Assembly: GCA_002189035.1 (NCBI GenBank)
Contig: NEEC01000012.1
Coordinates: forward strand, 620,001-684,000
Reading direction: 5' to 3'
Source: Utricularia gibba
Lineage: Eukaryota > Plantae > Magnoliophyta
Length of the DNA: 64,000 nucleotides
Shown here: piece by piece, positions 1 through 13,384 of the stretch
Layout of the letters: each line of letters starts with the position of its first letter
Position numbering within the stretch: the first letter of the stretch is position 1
Notes under the pieces: generated by a model
The model's database searches: none
The model's input: only the letters and a program-made list of their open reading frames with translations
What the model was told of the DNA's origin: nothing
Made by a program: the position numbers and the translations under genes

Positions 1-39
1 TAAACCCCTACCCGCATACTAATAACACATAAATTTTTC

Positions 40-1170
40 TATTCTTAGGATAAGAAAATTATAATTCTTTAATTATGTTTTATATATTTATTTTATGGTT
101 TTCAGTATTTTGGTAAAATTATGACTAAATCCTATGATTTATCCTATTTCATATTCTAACCTATTTGTGAGTCAATAGCAAAGTCTTGAGATTAGGACAA
201 AATAAAGATTTCATGTAAGTAGACAGTTCATAGAAGGAGCAGCATAAAAGAGTGAATAATGTGTATACTTTTGCCGTAATATAATGCAAGTCAAAGGTAG
301 GAGTAGTATGGTTATTAGAAAGCTCTTACTTTGAGGAATAAAAGAAGAAAATATTTTTGAAGGAGAGAGAATTACAAAGGGAGGGGAGCTTCGGCGAAGA
401 ATACATGGAGGCTAAAACAACACAAATAACAAAAGAGAAGAAGACGATTTTTCCAAAAAAAAAAGACTAAAAAATTGAAGAGCAACACCAAAAACTCAAT
501 TTAACGCTATTATTTGGGGTTGTAAATAGTAACAGACTGGAATCAGAACTATTTTTACTTTGTTTTTTTATATTTAGTTCTTGTGACAATTTATCTTACA
601 TTGTTTATGATGTTTTCGTTAATTTATAATTATAAAATATTACTTTACTTACCAAATATGATTCGCTAGATTTTCGAGTTGCTAGGTATAAAATGGTGAT
701 GTAGGGCTAGGATTCATGAAATAATCGATCATTGTGTTATTAGCTTTCATTTTTATCATTTTTCTGGTAGACCTAAGGGGGAATAAACAGTATTGCAACT
801 CAAATGCTTGATTTAAAGATATAGCAACGAATTAAGGTAGGGATAGTAGATATTAGTAATGAGTAGAACTAATAGAGTCAAGTAAACGTAATTCTACATA
901 TTTCCATATAGGTAGACCTAAGTGTAGAATGAGTAATGAGATTAGAGACTATCTTAATCAAAAATATTAAAAATGACAGGATACGCTTAGGTGTTTTGAA
1001 TTATGCATATGAAAATACTATAAATTAAATTTAGCACTCTAGTATTATATCAATTAGATCATCTTGGGATATTATAGTATTACATTGTGTACAAAACCTT
1101 TACTTGTTGCATTTTACATTGTGATTCAATTTTATTTATTGAATTGTGTACTGTTATTAGTTTGAGCTTA
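40..1170 (+). mobile_element. Highly degenerate Athila-like gypsy LTR remnant (ends approximate)
   Basis: Shares the short motifs ggtagacctaa and gaattatgcat with the better-preserved Athila-type LTRs at 60.3-61.8 kb. No clear termini. Confidence 0.35.
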
Positions 1171-3541
1171 GATTAAAAGTGACATATGTTCTACAATCTT
1201 GCATATGAGAAAATATACAGTAAGCATTTGCTCCTTAATCGATCCTAAAATTCTAATATATATCTTGTATTTAATTTGTATTTTGTGAAGATTATGACGT
1301 ACAAATTTATTTGATATAGAATTTTGATTTTTAACAATGACATTCGAAATTTCCATTTGTGACTTACCAAACACGTCGTTAGTGTTTTGGGCTGTAGTAA
1401 GGATCCCCTCAGATATGGGTCTTGCTTTTATGTGGAATCTCCTTCCATAAAAGAAAGAATACTATCCAAATATCCTTATTACCCGTTGCTTGAAGGGCCC
1501 ATATTTCATAATGATACAAACTTATAAATAAATGGATTGCAACTTTCTTCTGACTTAAAAGAACTAAGTGGGGGATAAGTCAGGTATCACAAATGATGTC
1601 ATATGGGATTTAAAGATTTTTTTTCTTGTTGTGAGACAATATCTATATCATTAAATGTTCCAGAAGGTTGGAAATTAGGAAAAAAAGAGACATGATATGG
1701 TAAAATGGAAAACAATAAAAATCAAGGTACTATCATATCAAGTAAAAAAAGGTTTTTTATTAAGAAAAAGATGCAATCACCGCAATTGATCAAGTGTGGC
1801 GTTCTTGAATATCATATTTCACCAATGTTTTAAATTAAGCACAAGCACCCCAATTTGGATAGTACAATACTCATGGATATCAAATTACAGCTTTTTGAGT
1901 GTAGTACTTGTAGATTCCACACTACAATAACTTTATAAATTAAGATATAAGTATCACAATTGAGTAAGTACAATACTTGTGAATAATATACTAAAACTTA
2001 TAAATTAAACACAAACACCATAATTGATTGAGTGTGATATGATGCTCACAAATAACAAAGTATAGCAATAATTAAGCATAATTTTAATTTATAATAAAAA
2101 ACTCAATTATTAAAATATTCCAATCATACGCAAATAATACATTATTACATCTGTCAACCAAATATATTTTCATATCACATTTGGACACACCTTAATAATT
2201 AAAACCTACCTAAACCCAATTCATCCAACCAAACGACCTCCAAATAATGTACATGAAGTGAAGAATAAAGCATGCAACTTTAGGGTCATTTCGTTCGTGT
2301 AAAATCTTAATTCTAGTTTAATTTATTTGGATTTAAATTAATCTACTTTGAATATTTAAAAGGTAATCCATATTTGATTGATGAGTGTAATTTATTTAGA
2401 TTTAAGATTAAAGCATGTTTGATATGTGGATGCAAAAGTACGGATTCGTTGAGTTTTTACAGAAAATGACTAATGTACCCCTACACTTAATTATTAAAAC
2501 TGAAAAACAATTTCCACATATTAGTTTTCTGTATTGTTCCCTAAGTTTAACAAAGCACCTCGATTCATGCTATCTAGTGTTTGATTAAACTATATCACTT
2601 CACAAGTTCAACGAAGCATCCGATAACATGGATTTTGGTGTTTGGTTTAATCTATACTCCAGTTATAACATCGGATAACTGGAGAGAGCTTGTGTTAGTT
2701 TCCCAAGTATGGCTTGGCTCATTTAATAGCCTTTGCTCGCCAATCGATTTATTCATGTCATTGGCATGTATCTGTGTTCTTGAATATGAATATACCAAAT
2801 TGATTTTTGAAGTTAACATAAGCCACAGAAGAATCAATGATGTTTACATGTTGTTACCTAAGCAAAAATATGCAGCACACACCCCCATGCTCTTGAATAT
2901 GAGAATGTCAAATTGATTTTTCAAATAATCAAGTCAGTATCACTCACTAAAATGAAGTTTCTGGTGCTCAAGCTCCAAAAACGTGGTCCCTTGCCATTTC
3001 ACCTACTAAAGGTACAAAATAACGACTATCACATGTTACTGCAATTTGTCTACACAACAGGTAGACTTATTTTTACTTGCTTGTAACCAATGAATCAAAC
3101 ATGAATTTGAAGCTAAACCCAACTCGAGATCCATGTAAAACCCCCAATCAAACCAGCCTCAAGGTTATCCCGATCCAAGGTGACTGTGCAGCCCTTTTGG
3201 TGACACGACACGGATCACAGGTGGCCTTTTAATTCATGGAGTTGAGGATTTTAATCTTTTCGTCAGCACAAGTTTTGTAGGGGGGCAGAATGCTTATACA
3301 TCCAACGAAGGGGAATTTCCGTGCACATTTTCTTATTGGTCTCAACAAATGCATACAACTCACGGGGAGTCCCTTGAACCAGCTATGCTTACCTCAAGCC
3401 GTGGCATCGTTGCTCTGGAAGGCTTCTATGCTTTCCAGAGCCAGGTTGGTTGTTCCTGCTGCTGCTGAAATGCTCTGGGATGCACACAACACCGTCATGA
3501 ATGATCGAGCAACGGCACAAGCTGTTTGAATATTGACGTTC

Positions 3542-6423
3542 TCATTCTGAAAGCAGGTCGTCCAACTCTGGCTCTTCCACGGATAAGCTATCCTCGATGC
3601 TTGTTGTATTCAGCATGTCCTCTGGTGGCAACATGGTTGCATCATCTTCATCATCCGGGTCTGACCACTCTGTTTCATCAGCAATGGAGTCAGTTGTTTG
3701 AGAATTTACACCACCAGCAGACAATGCTGGAACTGAATTCGTCTTTGGTTTAGCTTCTGTATCTTCACAGATGCAAGACGCTGGGTTTTCATGGAACGCT
3801 CCACGTCCCGGCCTCACCTCCTTGGGTTCTCCCATAAATCCCCTCTGAAATGTGAGGACACGTGAGACAAAGGCTTCCCATGACATTTCATTCCGGTTTA
3901 GAAACAGCTTGTACAGTTTTTTCGCATTGGGACGAATGGTTGGCTTGTGCCCAAAGTACCTCCTGCAGTAATAAGACCGACCAAACATGCACAGGTGATC
4001 ATAGTAGCCAGAAACCACAATAATAAAAGGTCAACCACTTACCTTCTTCCCGCTAGGATTTTTGCCATGTTCCCATTGTTATTTGAAACAAAGACATCGC
4101 TTTCATCACACACGATAAAATCAAGAGCTGCCATTCGAGATGAGAATGAAGAAAAAAGCTCCAATTCCCCTGGGGCAGCCAGGGTATCTTTTGAATAGAA
4201 GTTTGGGAAGAGTGATTTCAAAGGTGCCAGAGTGGCTTCCCCACCATATACTTCTCCAGAAGCCACATAAATATGAGTCTCTCTATCATATCCCAGTGCC
4301 CTTAGCAGAAGACCAACTTCCTCCGGAGTTAAAGGGCATCTACCTTGCCTTCTCTCCCTGTCTGGGTTCGGATTCTGCAATTCAAACCATTTTGAAGTTA
4401 AAAACTCAATTCAAATGCCTCTAGAACCAAAAAAAACTCGTGTAAAGAGGAGAGATCCGAGTTTGAAAGCAATGTGAAAATGGTTTCACAAATAATTTAT
4501 AGGAGGCCTAATTCATTAAACCAACTGGAAGCAAGGCTAAGGCAATCAGAATGAGCCCTTTGTAAACTATCTGGAGTAGTATTAGGGGAAAAATTACATG
4601 CAAGGTCTTCCACCTCCGCCGTATTTTAGCCAAATCCCTCCTCTCTTTATCTCCTCCACCATAATAGCATCCTGAGAATGCAAGCATATCTGGTTCAAAC
4701 CTGTAAACAGAAAGTATGCAAAACTGAAGAATGCACGTAAAATAGTGCAGAAAAAGAAAAACATGTTGCTCATTAAATGAAAACATTGAAAAGACAGAAG
4801 TACGCTGATCAACATGTGAAAAAACCTTCAGTACAAGCCTCAAATGGAAAAATCAAGTCAGTCAAAGCACCTTAGATGAAGCGCAATATAATGCTTGCTC
4901 TTCGATTTCATCCTTTCGACCAATTTCATACCCATTTTGAGGATGGGCTCAGTGAACTTTAGGGCATGGTAATTAACACGGCACCTAAGCTTCTGGAGAT
5001 CCACATCCAACCTATTTGCAAGTCTGTAGTCAAACTTGGTCAACTGAATAGCCTGCAATGTGAATTACTCTCATTACTGCTGGAAAAAAACTAGAGAATT
5101 GGCAGCCATTTGTTTGTCAAAAGCTTCAAGGGGAATGCTAATTAGTTCTTAGGTTCAAAATTCAACTTTTGTGAAGTATAGCATAATTCATTACAACAAT
5201 CAATTTGGAGCAAGAGAAAAATATCTACTTACGTGCTTTTTCATAAGTACAGGTACCAAACGATTAATGTAGCAATTTTCATTGCATTTTCTTGGAACAC
5301 GCATCCTATATGGATTCCAAATTTGACCTCTTCTCTGAGGGAGCTGTTTTATAATTTTTACATCTTTCTTCAGATATGATATAAACCAATCAACGTTGAA
5401 AATCTCAGAAAAGTTACTGCATAAAGTGACAACATTCCGTGTTAAGAGAGAAAACAAAAGACAGTAGAGAAGTGAACGAAGAACCCACCTGCTGTCCTTC
5501 CAAAAAGACTTCTCATCCAACTTTGGAATAATAAGAGTGGCATTCAATATGCGTGCTGCAACTACAGCATCAACTATCTGCAGAAATGCCAAGTAAAGAA
5601 TACAGAAATCCATTGTATAACAGAAACACTTCTCCCTTCCATCCAGACTGGCTTTTCAAATGAGCAAAAATATTACCCCTGTTCTTTGTTGGTTCAAGCC
5701 CCCACTGGTTGCGATGCCCAGGTAACGGTTTGGATGTGTCACAGCATCAGCTTCTGCCAGTCAAAACATACATGCAACTTTCCGCCGTCAGGAAAACAAT
5801 AAACGAACCAAAAAATGTGGAAAATGCAAGAACGTGATGTATATAGACTTTAAGAAATTTAAACAGAAAAAAAAAAAAAGCATTTGGAATCCAGCCAGCA
5901 TTTAAAGTTTAAATAAGTTCACATGCTTGCGAATTTGCTGCTGGCATTGCTGCATCCATGGTAGAATCTCGAATTTTTGGAAGTCCAGAGATCACGGTGA
6001 TGCATTCTTTTGCCGTTCTAGATCTCATCACAAAAAATACATCACTTTTAGAACAAATAGCAGTCGATAGAAGTATGATGCTTATCACAATCAACAGAAC
6101 TAACGAAAGCAAGCAAACCTAACTGGTACACGAAAAACCCTTTGAGATTCAGATTCATTTCCGGCATGCTACAGAAACAAAAAGGAAATCATATAGACAT
6201 GGCGCCAACTAGGGGCAAAATGAGAAAAAAAAAAAAAAAAACACGAGCATACGCTTTCCCTTAAACTCAAATTTTCCATGTAACGATGAGCGTGATCGTC
6301 CTCATGAGGGGAAGGGGCAAGCAAGTAGAGGAATAAAAACAGAAAAAGAATAACAGCTGAAGCGGCCGACGTGGTTGGAATCAGTCGATAAGAGTAAAAG
6401 GGGCGCCGCCGCGAAAACCCCAT
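3542..6423 (-). CDS. OFUT16: O-fucosyltransferase family protein (GT106/PF10250), OFUT16/OFUT6-like, type II membrane protein, 549 aa
   Basis: Exons 6423-6253, 6017-5927, 5753-5677, 5577-5489, 5416-5233, 5052-4871, 4700-4598, 4374-4043, 3962-3542 sum to 1650 nt with consistent phases. N-terminal TM helix; motifs IATSGGLNQQRTG, IALHLRFEPDMLAFSGC, GRCPLTPEEVG, IYVASGEVYGG, ALDFIVCDESDVF, FHENPASCIC. Intron 2 requires a GC donor. Confidence 0.92.
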
Positions 6424-7029
6424 GAGACGCAGCGACGGCGGATGCAATGCTTGAAAATGAAAACTTTAGCTAATGCCCCGTCAACATAACTGGGCACAAA
6501 ATGTGAGTTCCAAAACCACAAAACGAGTCTTTAGAAGCAAATACTTTTCCGATCCCAGAGAAGGGCCAAGCAACCTTCCGGAGCCTTAAAGCTTCGTCAG
6601 ATTTCACAAACACGATAAGGGGGTTTCCATAGTTCCTCGAAAGGAAGGTGGGGTGGTGGAGCCGGAGTACCCACAGCTGTAAAAACTACGGATTCATGAT
6701 ACTGCCAGGAGAATGATGGGATATCCAATCCCACAAATCGAGGGTTCCGGGAAAGATTGTCGGGTCAATCGCATGAATTTGGCACGGCATTTGTTTCTTG
6801 CGCTTTTCAATCCAATTTCATTAGCGTTCCCAAAACTGCAAATTTTAATCAATGGCGGAAGGCATCAGAATAATAATTTTGCGCCGGGTGTTCGTTCCAC
6901 TGAAGGCACTCGGGCTTGGGAAGAAAATTGGGCTTCAGTCCTTCACAATTAGATCAATTTATACTAACTGCGTCCAAATGAAATGGGCCTATTGCATTAG
7001 TTAGGAGCTTGAACATGTGTGGTACTGTT

Positions 7030-7140
7030 GTGATCGGTTTTGGTTGGGAACCGATGGCTCAATATCAAACTAAAATCATTAATTTGGAACCGAATCAGAG
7101 CCAAACCGTACGATTTTGATTGGAATTACGGTTTTAAATA
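7030..7140. repeat. AACCG/GGTT-rich DNA-transposon subterminal-like (hAT/MITE) fragment
   Basis: Clustered gaaccg, aaaccg and cggttt motifs; similar to 58210-58410. Confidence 0.35.
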
Positions 7141-8587
7141 TTAAAAATTAATTTAAAAATTAAAATTATATTTTCAGACATTCATAACGGTCATTATGGA
7201 TATCTTAAAATACTTTCAAAAATATTGAATTTTTTCCATGTACTCACTTTAGCAATTGTGAATGCCTATGAAACATAATATTTTTTAAACTCCTAGGGAG
7301 AGATCCACAGTATTCATCTCATAACCATTATCACATCAAACTCCTGGTATGCATCTCGTTGTCGAGTATTTATAGAGGTTTTCTCCTATACACCCTTATT
7401 GAGGGAGTATAATCTCAATTGGCCGATTTAGGGGAGGCGTTAAGGAATACTTGCTCAATGATGGGTTTCGTCTACAGGGCAGACGTAAAACTATATTAAA
7501 CATTGAAATTCATATAAAAATATCTAATTTTTTGATAAAATATATTAATTTCATAAAAGACGAATAAATTGTATTTTGTCAAGATTACAAGTAGTTAGGC
7601 ATCATTCCCCTTACTTTGGGAGCTTTTCGAGCGATGTTGTGACTTTCTTCGCACCCATTCATAGTTATCTTTTTTTTAAACTTGAGGATTATGATGACTC
7701 TTTAACCCTATTACGGAGGAAAAATAGTCATTTCAATAATTATAACAACTATTGCTCTTCATAGATTATTTTCATACTTGAAAGTGAACTAAATTATTGA
7801 TTTAGTCCATCTTATATTTTAAATGATCATTATTTTTTGAGTTTTAGCAACAAATTTTCTAAAGATCGACAAATAAATTGTCACAAGTTTCATGCATGAA
7901 ATTCAATGGAGGGATTGAATCAATAATAAAAGAAAAGGAGTTTAGAACCTTTGTGTGTGCACTTCTTACAATGGTAATTGCATAAGTATGACAGGTCATG
8001 AGAGAAATCTTCTAAAATAGAGAAAATATTTGCAAAAAAATAAACTCTTATAAAAAACTAGACAAAAAAAAAAAAAGAGAGATGTTTTCACAATCCTCAA
8101 GTCCATATTTATGAAAGAATAGGAGAAAGATTTGAACAACATAAACTAAAAATCCCTAAATAGGGGAAGATGGACCAGAATAAAAAAAAAAAAAAAAGAA
8201 TTTCGACTAATCGAAGAACTACACTGAATTTTATGATTTGTTACGCTCAACTATAAATAACACTATGAAAACTGAATCCAATGTTCAATTAGAATTAAAC
8301 TTTGATTTTCATTTTTTTATTTTCTATTTTCAATATTGTGATAATGAAAACGATTTTGCTATTATTTTATATCATAATTCTATTTATTTTTAGTATGAAT
8401 GGTTAGATGTGGGTGATATCTTGTGGGGAAAAGGGGATGTTCTCTTTTATTTTGATTTCAATCTGATTGAGTTAGAGTATTTTTTTCTTATCAAATCTGA
8501 ATAGATTCAATAGGAAAAATGAATAATACATTTAACCAAAGATATATATCTTAGAGATAGCACAAAAAGTTATGAGATGTTTAATAA

Positions 8588-11088
8588 GGGCATGTTTTAA
8601 CCTACTTTTCAAAAATAACTTCTAATTTTTAAGAAGTAGAAGTTAAAAAAAGAAATAGAAAGTAGAATTTATTTTGTAAAAAGTTATAAATGATCTTTCA
8701 ATTCTTGTATTGATTTTTAATTCTCATTTTTATATCAAATTTCAAGTCTACCCTTCTATTAAAAATTTATTGTTATTTTTATCCATTTATGAAATAGGAT
8801 CAATATTGATAGTATAAAGTTAAATGAGAATAATATATTGATTCAAATAAATCATCCAACATGAAATACATAAATATATTGAACTTGGATAATAAACGAT
8901 TACAAATAAATTCTTTACTTAAATAGAAATAACAATCGAAATACATTAGTTACGATGAACATCTTTGATTTTATGAACTAGCTTGACCATGGTAGATACT
9001 TTATAGATTATTATAAATTGAGTTTCTCAACTCGTCCATATAAGACTTATCTATGTCTTCACTTCCAATTTCTTCATCATTAGGAAGATTTAGTTTTTTG
9101 TTATATTGATCCAAAGTTGAACCATCATCATCAGCATCAACTACACGCAAAAAATTGTGTATCACCATTGTAGCTAAAATAAGCTGCAATGAGCATAACA
9201 TCAACTTTCTATTCCCCAGTCCTCTCGGTTCTCCGGGTTCACTCTGCTAGCCCCTCCGCCTCTCCACCAGTCTCCGCATGACCAGAACTTTCACTTACAC
9301 ATAAGTTCGTAAGGGGTTAACTTATGCATAGGGTAAACCACACTACCAAAAAAATCACATCATTATAAGCATGACACATATCATCATAAACAAAACATCA
9401 TCATACGTCATCATAAGAGCATAAACACGTATATCATAAGTACCCGTTGGTCACAAGGGGCATGCATCCTATGATGGCACATCACGTTACTATCGGGAGG
9501 GATCCCGGCCATGGTGATCCGTCCCAACCCTGCTCTCTTTGGAGCTCATGGCAAGATCTACCCCCAAACTTATGTTGGGTGGATGTCGGAGAGACCTCGG
9601 CCAAGGGTCTGACCTCATCCCTTCGGGCTCATCATCTTATAGCCATTTGACCCTTATTCGTACGTTTTCGTTCATGCTTTCCCTTACCTTTGTGTGGCTC
9701 CTTGCCCTTCTGCCAAAACTTGATCTTCTCCTTCTATATTTCGGCATGGTGGCGCTTCTTCTCTGATTTTCCAACCCCCAATCTTGCCACCATGCCTTTT
9801 CCTTATATACCACCTCTGACTGTTGGGCTTCTAAGTCATTTCCTCTTCCAACCCTTCACCTTACGGGCCCAGTATATGAAAAGCTGGCCTCTTCACCCTT
9901 CTTAGGCCCTTGGGCACTTCTCCACCATCCCACTGGACTAATCCTTACCAATCATGTCTGATCTAACACTTGAGCTCGTGGCCATACTCCACCCCGCATC
10001 CGGCCCGTCACTCACCATCCCTTGGGCATGCATGCTTGCTCAACCGTACATAGTCTTGTCCGCTAAATCGGGTCTCTCCCACGAGCACTCTCGAGGTTCG
10101 CTTGAGAGCTTGGTATACCTCCAGCAAAAGTTGCACGCCGTGTTAAGATCCAATCGATTTCTTACACGTGGACAGCCAAGCTGATGGATTCCTCGTAGCC
10201 TCTCCATGCTCGTCCCCTTAGCCTCTCTGCATGCCATATCATCCTCGAAACACAACATGATCCTACCTGGGTTATGACAACCTATTGAAGATGCTTTTGC
10301 GCCACATGCCCATGACCAGCATCCCCAATCATATTATGCAAGTGGATGTGACCCACAAAATTGTTTCCTCAGAAAGGATTGAGCCCTCAACTTATGCCAA
10401 CATGTGAATGGGATTCTAGCAAGATGAAAAATAGTTATCCTTATTATAATCGCTATTCTCCTAAAAGTTTGGATATATAAGTTAGACTTTCGAGAATAAA
10501 ATATTTAAGGTTGATAGTCTATCTAAGATGAGACATAGACATTGAGCAATCCTCATAAATGCTAACTCGACAAGCTTAGAATAGAGTTAGGTTGTCATCC
10601 CCCATGCTATGCAATGGGTGATCTACAACCTGTCTTCAAAATAATGACACATATATGAAAAAAAAAGAAAAATATAATGAGATGCTTTTTGGAGGAGGAG
10701 AGCAACAACTCCCTTTAGAGTTCTTTTAAACCTTGTAAACTTGGAGTTTGTTCTTTAATTTAAAGTTGCACTTTAAATTATTTAGAATAAAATTAATTTT
10801 AAGATTATGTAAAGATAATCAATTTGAAATTGTAAAATTATTTTATGAGATAAGATAACATTATATTATAAAATTTAATAAAATAAAATATATTTTATAA
10901 AGTTTAATATATCAAGTTATTTTGTAATTAATGTATTTTAAAAATATATAAAATAAATGATATAATTTTTTAAACTAATCTCTTATTCAATCATTCAAAC
11001 GTAGATTCAATAAATTTAATAATATCGATTAAAATTTAAAAATTAAACAAAATCACTTTAAAAAAATTAATAAAACAGAACATACCCC
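8588..11088 (-). mobile_element. PIF/Harbinger element remnant interrupted by an LTR fragment
   Basis: TAA|GGGCATGTTT TIR-like end at 8588. Transposase C-terminus on minus at 9001-9204 (LILATMVIHNFLR...MDELRNSIYNNL). Imperfect reverse TIR gaacataccc near 11078-11087. Confidence 0.55.
9205..10279 (-). mobile_element. Truncated Tekay/Del-like gypsy LTR fragment
   Basis: Minus strand starts TGTCATAACCC at 10279, resembling the TGTAATACCC terminus at 62462. GC-rich and non-coding, and it cuts off the Harbinger transposase fragment. Confidence 0.5.
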
Positions 11089-11526
11089 TGGTTTGTTTAC
11101 TTTTTCTTATTTTTAATGAAGTTTCTTCTTAATGTGCGAATACTTTTTGATATTTTTTGTCTTTTTTATTTATGAAGCTATTTGTGTCTCTACTATTTCG
11201 CTAAAAAACAGTAAAAAAAAGGCAAAAATGTCAATTAAAGTTTCTAATTGGTTTATACTCTATTTTAATTTAAATACATGAAAAAAAAGGCAAGAATGTC
11301 ATTTATATACATGATTATAATTTAATTTTATTGCTCATAAGAGTTTCCCAAAAATTCATATGGAATATGCACCCTCATGGGAAAAAATGAAAAATCCGGA
11401 AACCAAAGCATGAAATTTGTGACAAGATGGATACAAAATGTCTACCTTGTGGAAGGATGTTGAAATGTAATAGTTGTGATAGTTGGAATTTTACATAGAT
11501 TCTATAAAAAAAAAGAAAAATATACA

Positions 11527-12110
11527 TGTTATGGGTGAAAATCGATATCCGAGATAAGACCGATCTTCGGGTTATAAATACGACTGGAAATATTGTGCTT
11601 TGCTATGCTTTTTGCGATTTGTTCGGTGTGATCGAAAGAAAGAAAGGCATGCAAAGGTTTTTACGTGGAAAACGCCGTAAGACGGAAAAAAAACCACAAA
11701 ATTATCGGAGCTCACCAAAAAAATTCCTTATTGGATAGAGGTGGTGGAGTAAGTTACAGGTCGGGAGACTTAGGGTCCAAACCTTTCTCCGCTATGATTT
11801 CTTCTTTTTATAGAGGAGACCAATCTGACCGAGTTCTGAATTCTACAGACCTCGGTTGCTTTCTACACTTGTCATCAGATCTTGCTTTTCAAATATCCGT
11901 TGCCTGGTTTGCCATAATTCGATTGCTTTTCAAAATGTGCCATATGATCACTATTACCAAATTTATGACAAATATTGATATGTCGAATGACGTTATCCCG
12001 TTAAAACTCTTTTTGGCAGCCTTATAGAAGCCGATTAACTTCAACCGATTTGCTCCCCATCCATATAAATGGAGAAAGTGATTCGGCTACAATTCTATGA
12101 CTCTTCCAGA
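11527..12110 (-). mobile_element. Tat-family solo-LTR-like element
   Basis: Minus strand ends ...ttttcacccataaCA. Contains tttccacgtaaaaa and aggctgccaaaaagag, shared with the 52.56-53.1 kb copy and partly with the LTRs of the 22-31 kb element. The 12110 end is approximate. Confidence 0.7.
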
Positions 12111-12460
12111 TACTAGGTGTATTAGATTTTTGACCCATTTTAATTCTTTGAGAAATTTGATCATGCTATATGTAAAAAATTGTTATTAGTATATGAGAGA
12201 AAAAAGGAAAAATTATAAAAGACCATCCTAACCCTTGCTATTGCTATCTATCTATTGCCTCCATTGTATTTTACTAATGCCTGGTTCCTCGCTACTTTTC
12301 TTGCAGAATTGCTGAGCGCTTCTACGACTTAAGGAAGAAGGTAGCAATGTGGCACTGCATTTTTTTCTTGTAAAACATCCAACCACAAAATGCTTTACCG
12401 TACGATGAGATCAACAGCAGAAAAATGTTGCAAGTAACTAACATGGCCTCAAGGTAATGA

Positions 12461-12991
12461 CTATAACCATTCAAGCCTGCCCTGGTGCTCTACCAGATGC
12501 TGGATCTTACCATTAGGCAAAAGAGCGAGGTCCCTAACTCGAGCAGGATGAGTGTGAGCAACCTGCTCAGCCTTGAATGTGGCGCATGGTTGCCCATCCA
12601 GCAGTGCCTCGTCAAGAAACTCGTCTGCAATATCACCATCCTCATTTATTCCCAGCCGCCTCGCGTATCATCTTAGTCCCTGATGATTGAGTAACAATGG
12701 GAAAACATTAGTTCAGGATCTAAATCAATCATCAGATAGCAGCCAGAAATCTAATTTGCGCTGCCTGCCCAACCATCGCGGACCTGAATTCCGCCGTCAC
12801 CGTCAGGGCAATACGCTAGTATCGGCGGCAGAGGCCTTTCAACGGGGATACTAAAAAACTCTACGAACAAAGGGAGCAGCCGTCTCCCTGGAGTCCGGCG
12901 ATGCACCTACATTACCCTCGTCGTCGGCGAAGCCGTCTTCTTCGTGACGGCGAAACTCTAGAAAACACGCGATTTTCTTGAAAAAACCCAT
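12461..12991 (-). pseudogene. Disabled 2-exon conserved plant gene (MGFFKKIA...GLR[W]YARRL.I.EDGDIADEFLDE...QGRLEWL)
   Basis: Exon 1 12991-12784 (208 nt, +1 frameshift in the A6 run at 12853-12858); GT-AG intron; exon 2 12679-12461 with TGA at 12670-12668 where the remembered family sequence has Trp. Confidence 0.75.
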
Positions 12992-13094
12992 GACTCGCAC
13001 CTTGGAAGCATAACCCCGCGCGGCAGAATAACCGAAATGGAGCGAAGAAGTCCAAGGGATCAGGGGAACTAACTGTTGCTGGTGAAGATAGTTG

Positions 13095-13260
13095 AAGGGT
13101 CTTGTTAATTAACTGCTTTTATAGAGGAGGGCGGGTCAGCACTCAGCCCACATGTCTCACGTCGTGACAGCTGTATTAGGCCCAATAGGCCCAATAGGTG
13201 CGGGAACTGCGCTACAAAAATAAGTCAATAGTGCCAAATCCAGGGGCTTCTTAGTAAATT
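13095..13260. promoter_or_regulatory. Compact bidirectional promoter with site II (TCP) elements
   Basis: AGGCCCA at 13178-13184 and 13187-13193, AGCCCA at 13145, ACGT core near 13159. Lies in the 393 bp between divergent ATGs at 12991 (-) and 13385 (+). Confidence 0.55.
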
Positions 13261-13384
13261 GAGAAGGTGCTTTTTCCTAATCGACCATCTGGCGAAATTA
13301 CGCAGCATTTGGTCCTTTGGAAGACGAAAACCATCTGTGAAAAGCAATTCCACTCTCAAGAAAACTTCAAGAGATTCTTCTCTT

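Noticed and set aside
1170-3100. Short ORFs and Tourist-like motifs downstream of OFUT
   Set aside because: No consistent TIR pair, TSD or recognisable protein.
3290-4424. Plus-strand ORFs (79-94 aa) overlapping the O-fucosyltransferase
   Set aside because: Antisense shadows of real coding exons with no recognisable motifs.
6424-6447. ORF-track start at 6447 for OFUT and 13259 for LCV2
   Set aside because: These are TTG starts, which are not standard in eukaryotes. ATGs at 6423 and 13385 (or 13400) fit the homologues.
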